A DNA stretch of 64,000 bases from the NCBI GenBank assembly GCA_965240325.2, contig OZ251235.1:1302001-1366000 (forward strand), given 5' to 3'. Positions 61,281 through 64,000 of this stretch are shown here, piece by piece. The translations under genes and the position numbers were made by a program. The notes beneath the pieces were generated by a model. It did not search any database, was not told the DNA's origin, and saw only the letters and a program-made list of their open reading frames with translations. Source of the DNA: Rebecca billardiae RCC1528 (taxonomy: Eukaryota; Protista; Haptophyta). The first letter of the stretch is position 1, and every line of letters starts with the position of its first letter.

Positions 61281-62334
61281 GCTGACGCCGAGTGCTGGGG
61301 CGTCGCCGCGGCGCAAGTGCGTGCCGCTGTTGCACCCGTCGGCAGAGAGCCGTTCGCGCCTCCCCGCGATTCGGCGGTTGACGATGGCGGCGGCCGACCG
61401 ACCTCGTTGGCAGCCATTGCCCATTTGGCATTATTTTTTTCGAAGGCTGACAGCATTACAGCAAGCATCGCGAAAAACAATTGCGGCATCAGAATGGCGG
61501 CGCACGCTGACACGATGATAGCTACGTTCAGACGACCAAGCAGTGATGTGATTAGATCTGAGATAATTGTCAAGATGATGTAGTGGTGGTACTACTGTAC
61601 AGTACGCACGAGTGCCGGTTGGAGACTTGGACTTGGAGCCGAGGCTCCGCGCAGACCGTTCCGCCTTCCGGGCGTTGCCGTTCGCCTCCGAGGCGAGTGA
61701 ACTAGTCGTCAGATTAACTGATAGCTTATTATTATAAGTGCCGCCACTCGGAATATAATGCGGCGGCGGCGCGTGCCTTTAGGGCATTATGATAGTGAAA
61801 CTGATGGCTTTCCCGTGTCCGCGACGCGGGATGAATCCTGACACTCGGCCTCGGGAGTGATACTGACCGCGATTCAGACCGTGTATTAACTTTAATAACT
61901 ACATGCATGACTGATCCGGTGAATGTGATCGCGCTGCAAATTTACCGATACTGATTATTAATAATATTATATTAGTATCGGAGCCACGACGCGCAATTAA
62001 TAATGCTTCGATCGAGTTATTATTATAATGAATATTACGACGACAGCAGTTCTCACCGAGTCTCAGCCGACTCGGGAAAACGTCAACCGCGTCAACGTGA
62101 CGATGACGAGACTATCCGACTGGCAACAGTGACACCGCTGATATTGTGTTCATCCGACACGATCAACAGAGCCGTCCGTATCGCGGAGTGGCCTGTCGTC
62201 GTCGGACCCGCGATCGCGCATCGTCAGACCGGGTCCCACACTGGCTTTCGGCTCTGGCCGCAGGCGCGGCGCAGGCCGCCTCGCTCCGCCACAGCCGCGC
62301 GGGCGCGCGCCGCGCCAGTGCGCGCGAGGCGGGC

Positions 62335-64000
<1,666 letters not shown>

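Overview
Very GC-rich eukaryotic genomic DNA. Short GT(GCG)...CGCAG introns, the MYB plus Cys-knuckle gene type and GCGC-rich composition suggest a haptophyte alga, possibly Pavlovales (inference). Bases 1-22.5 kb are mostly mobile DNA. They include a 5'-truncated DIRS/Ngaro-type retrotransposon with RT, RNase H and tyrosine recombinase in one frame and a 2A-like NPGP motif before the recombinase, plus a hairpin tandem array and split direct repeats. They also include a tandem pair of gene-fragment-carrying elements, a MYB gene bracketed by 55-bp TA-flanked inverted repeats, and a young non-autonomous copia LTR element. The gene-rich part holds SEM1/DSS1, an LpxL-like acyltransferase, an F-box-like protein, FEN1, a giant single-ORF LRR/extensin/IPT/REJ/GPS polycystin-1-like receptor with IQ and EF-hands, UBC13, TspO, an Orai-like membrane protein, PFDN5 and MetAP2 (cut by the window edge). 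Two copies of a foldback MITE carry their core in opposite orientations, and a nest of TIR elements sits in (TA)n tracts at 56-60 kb. Most ORF-track entries are GC-rich shadow frames. All calls come from reading motifs by eye; no searches were run.
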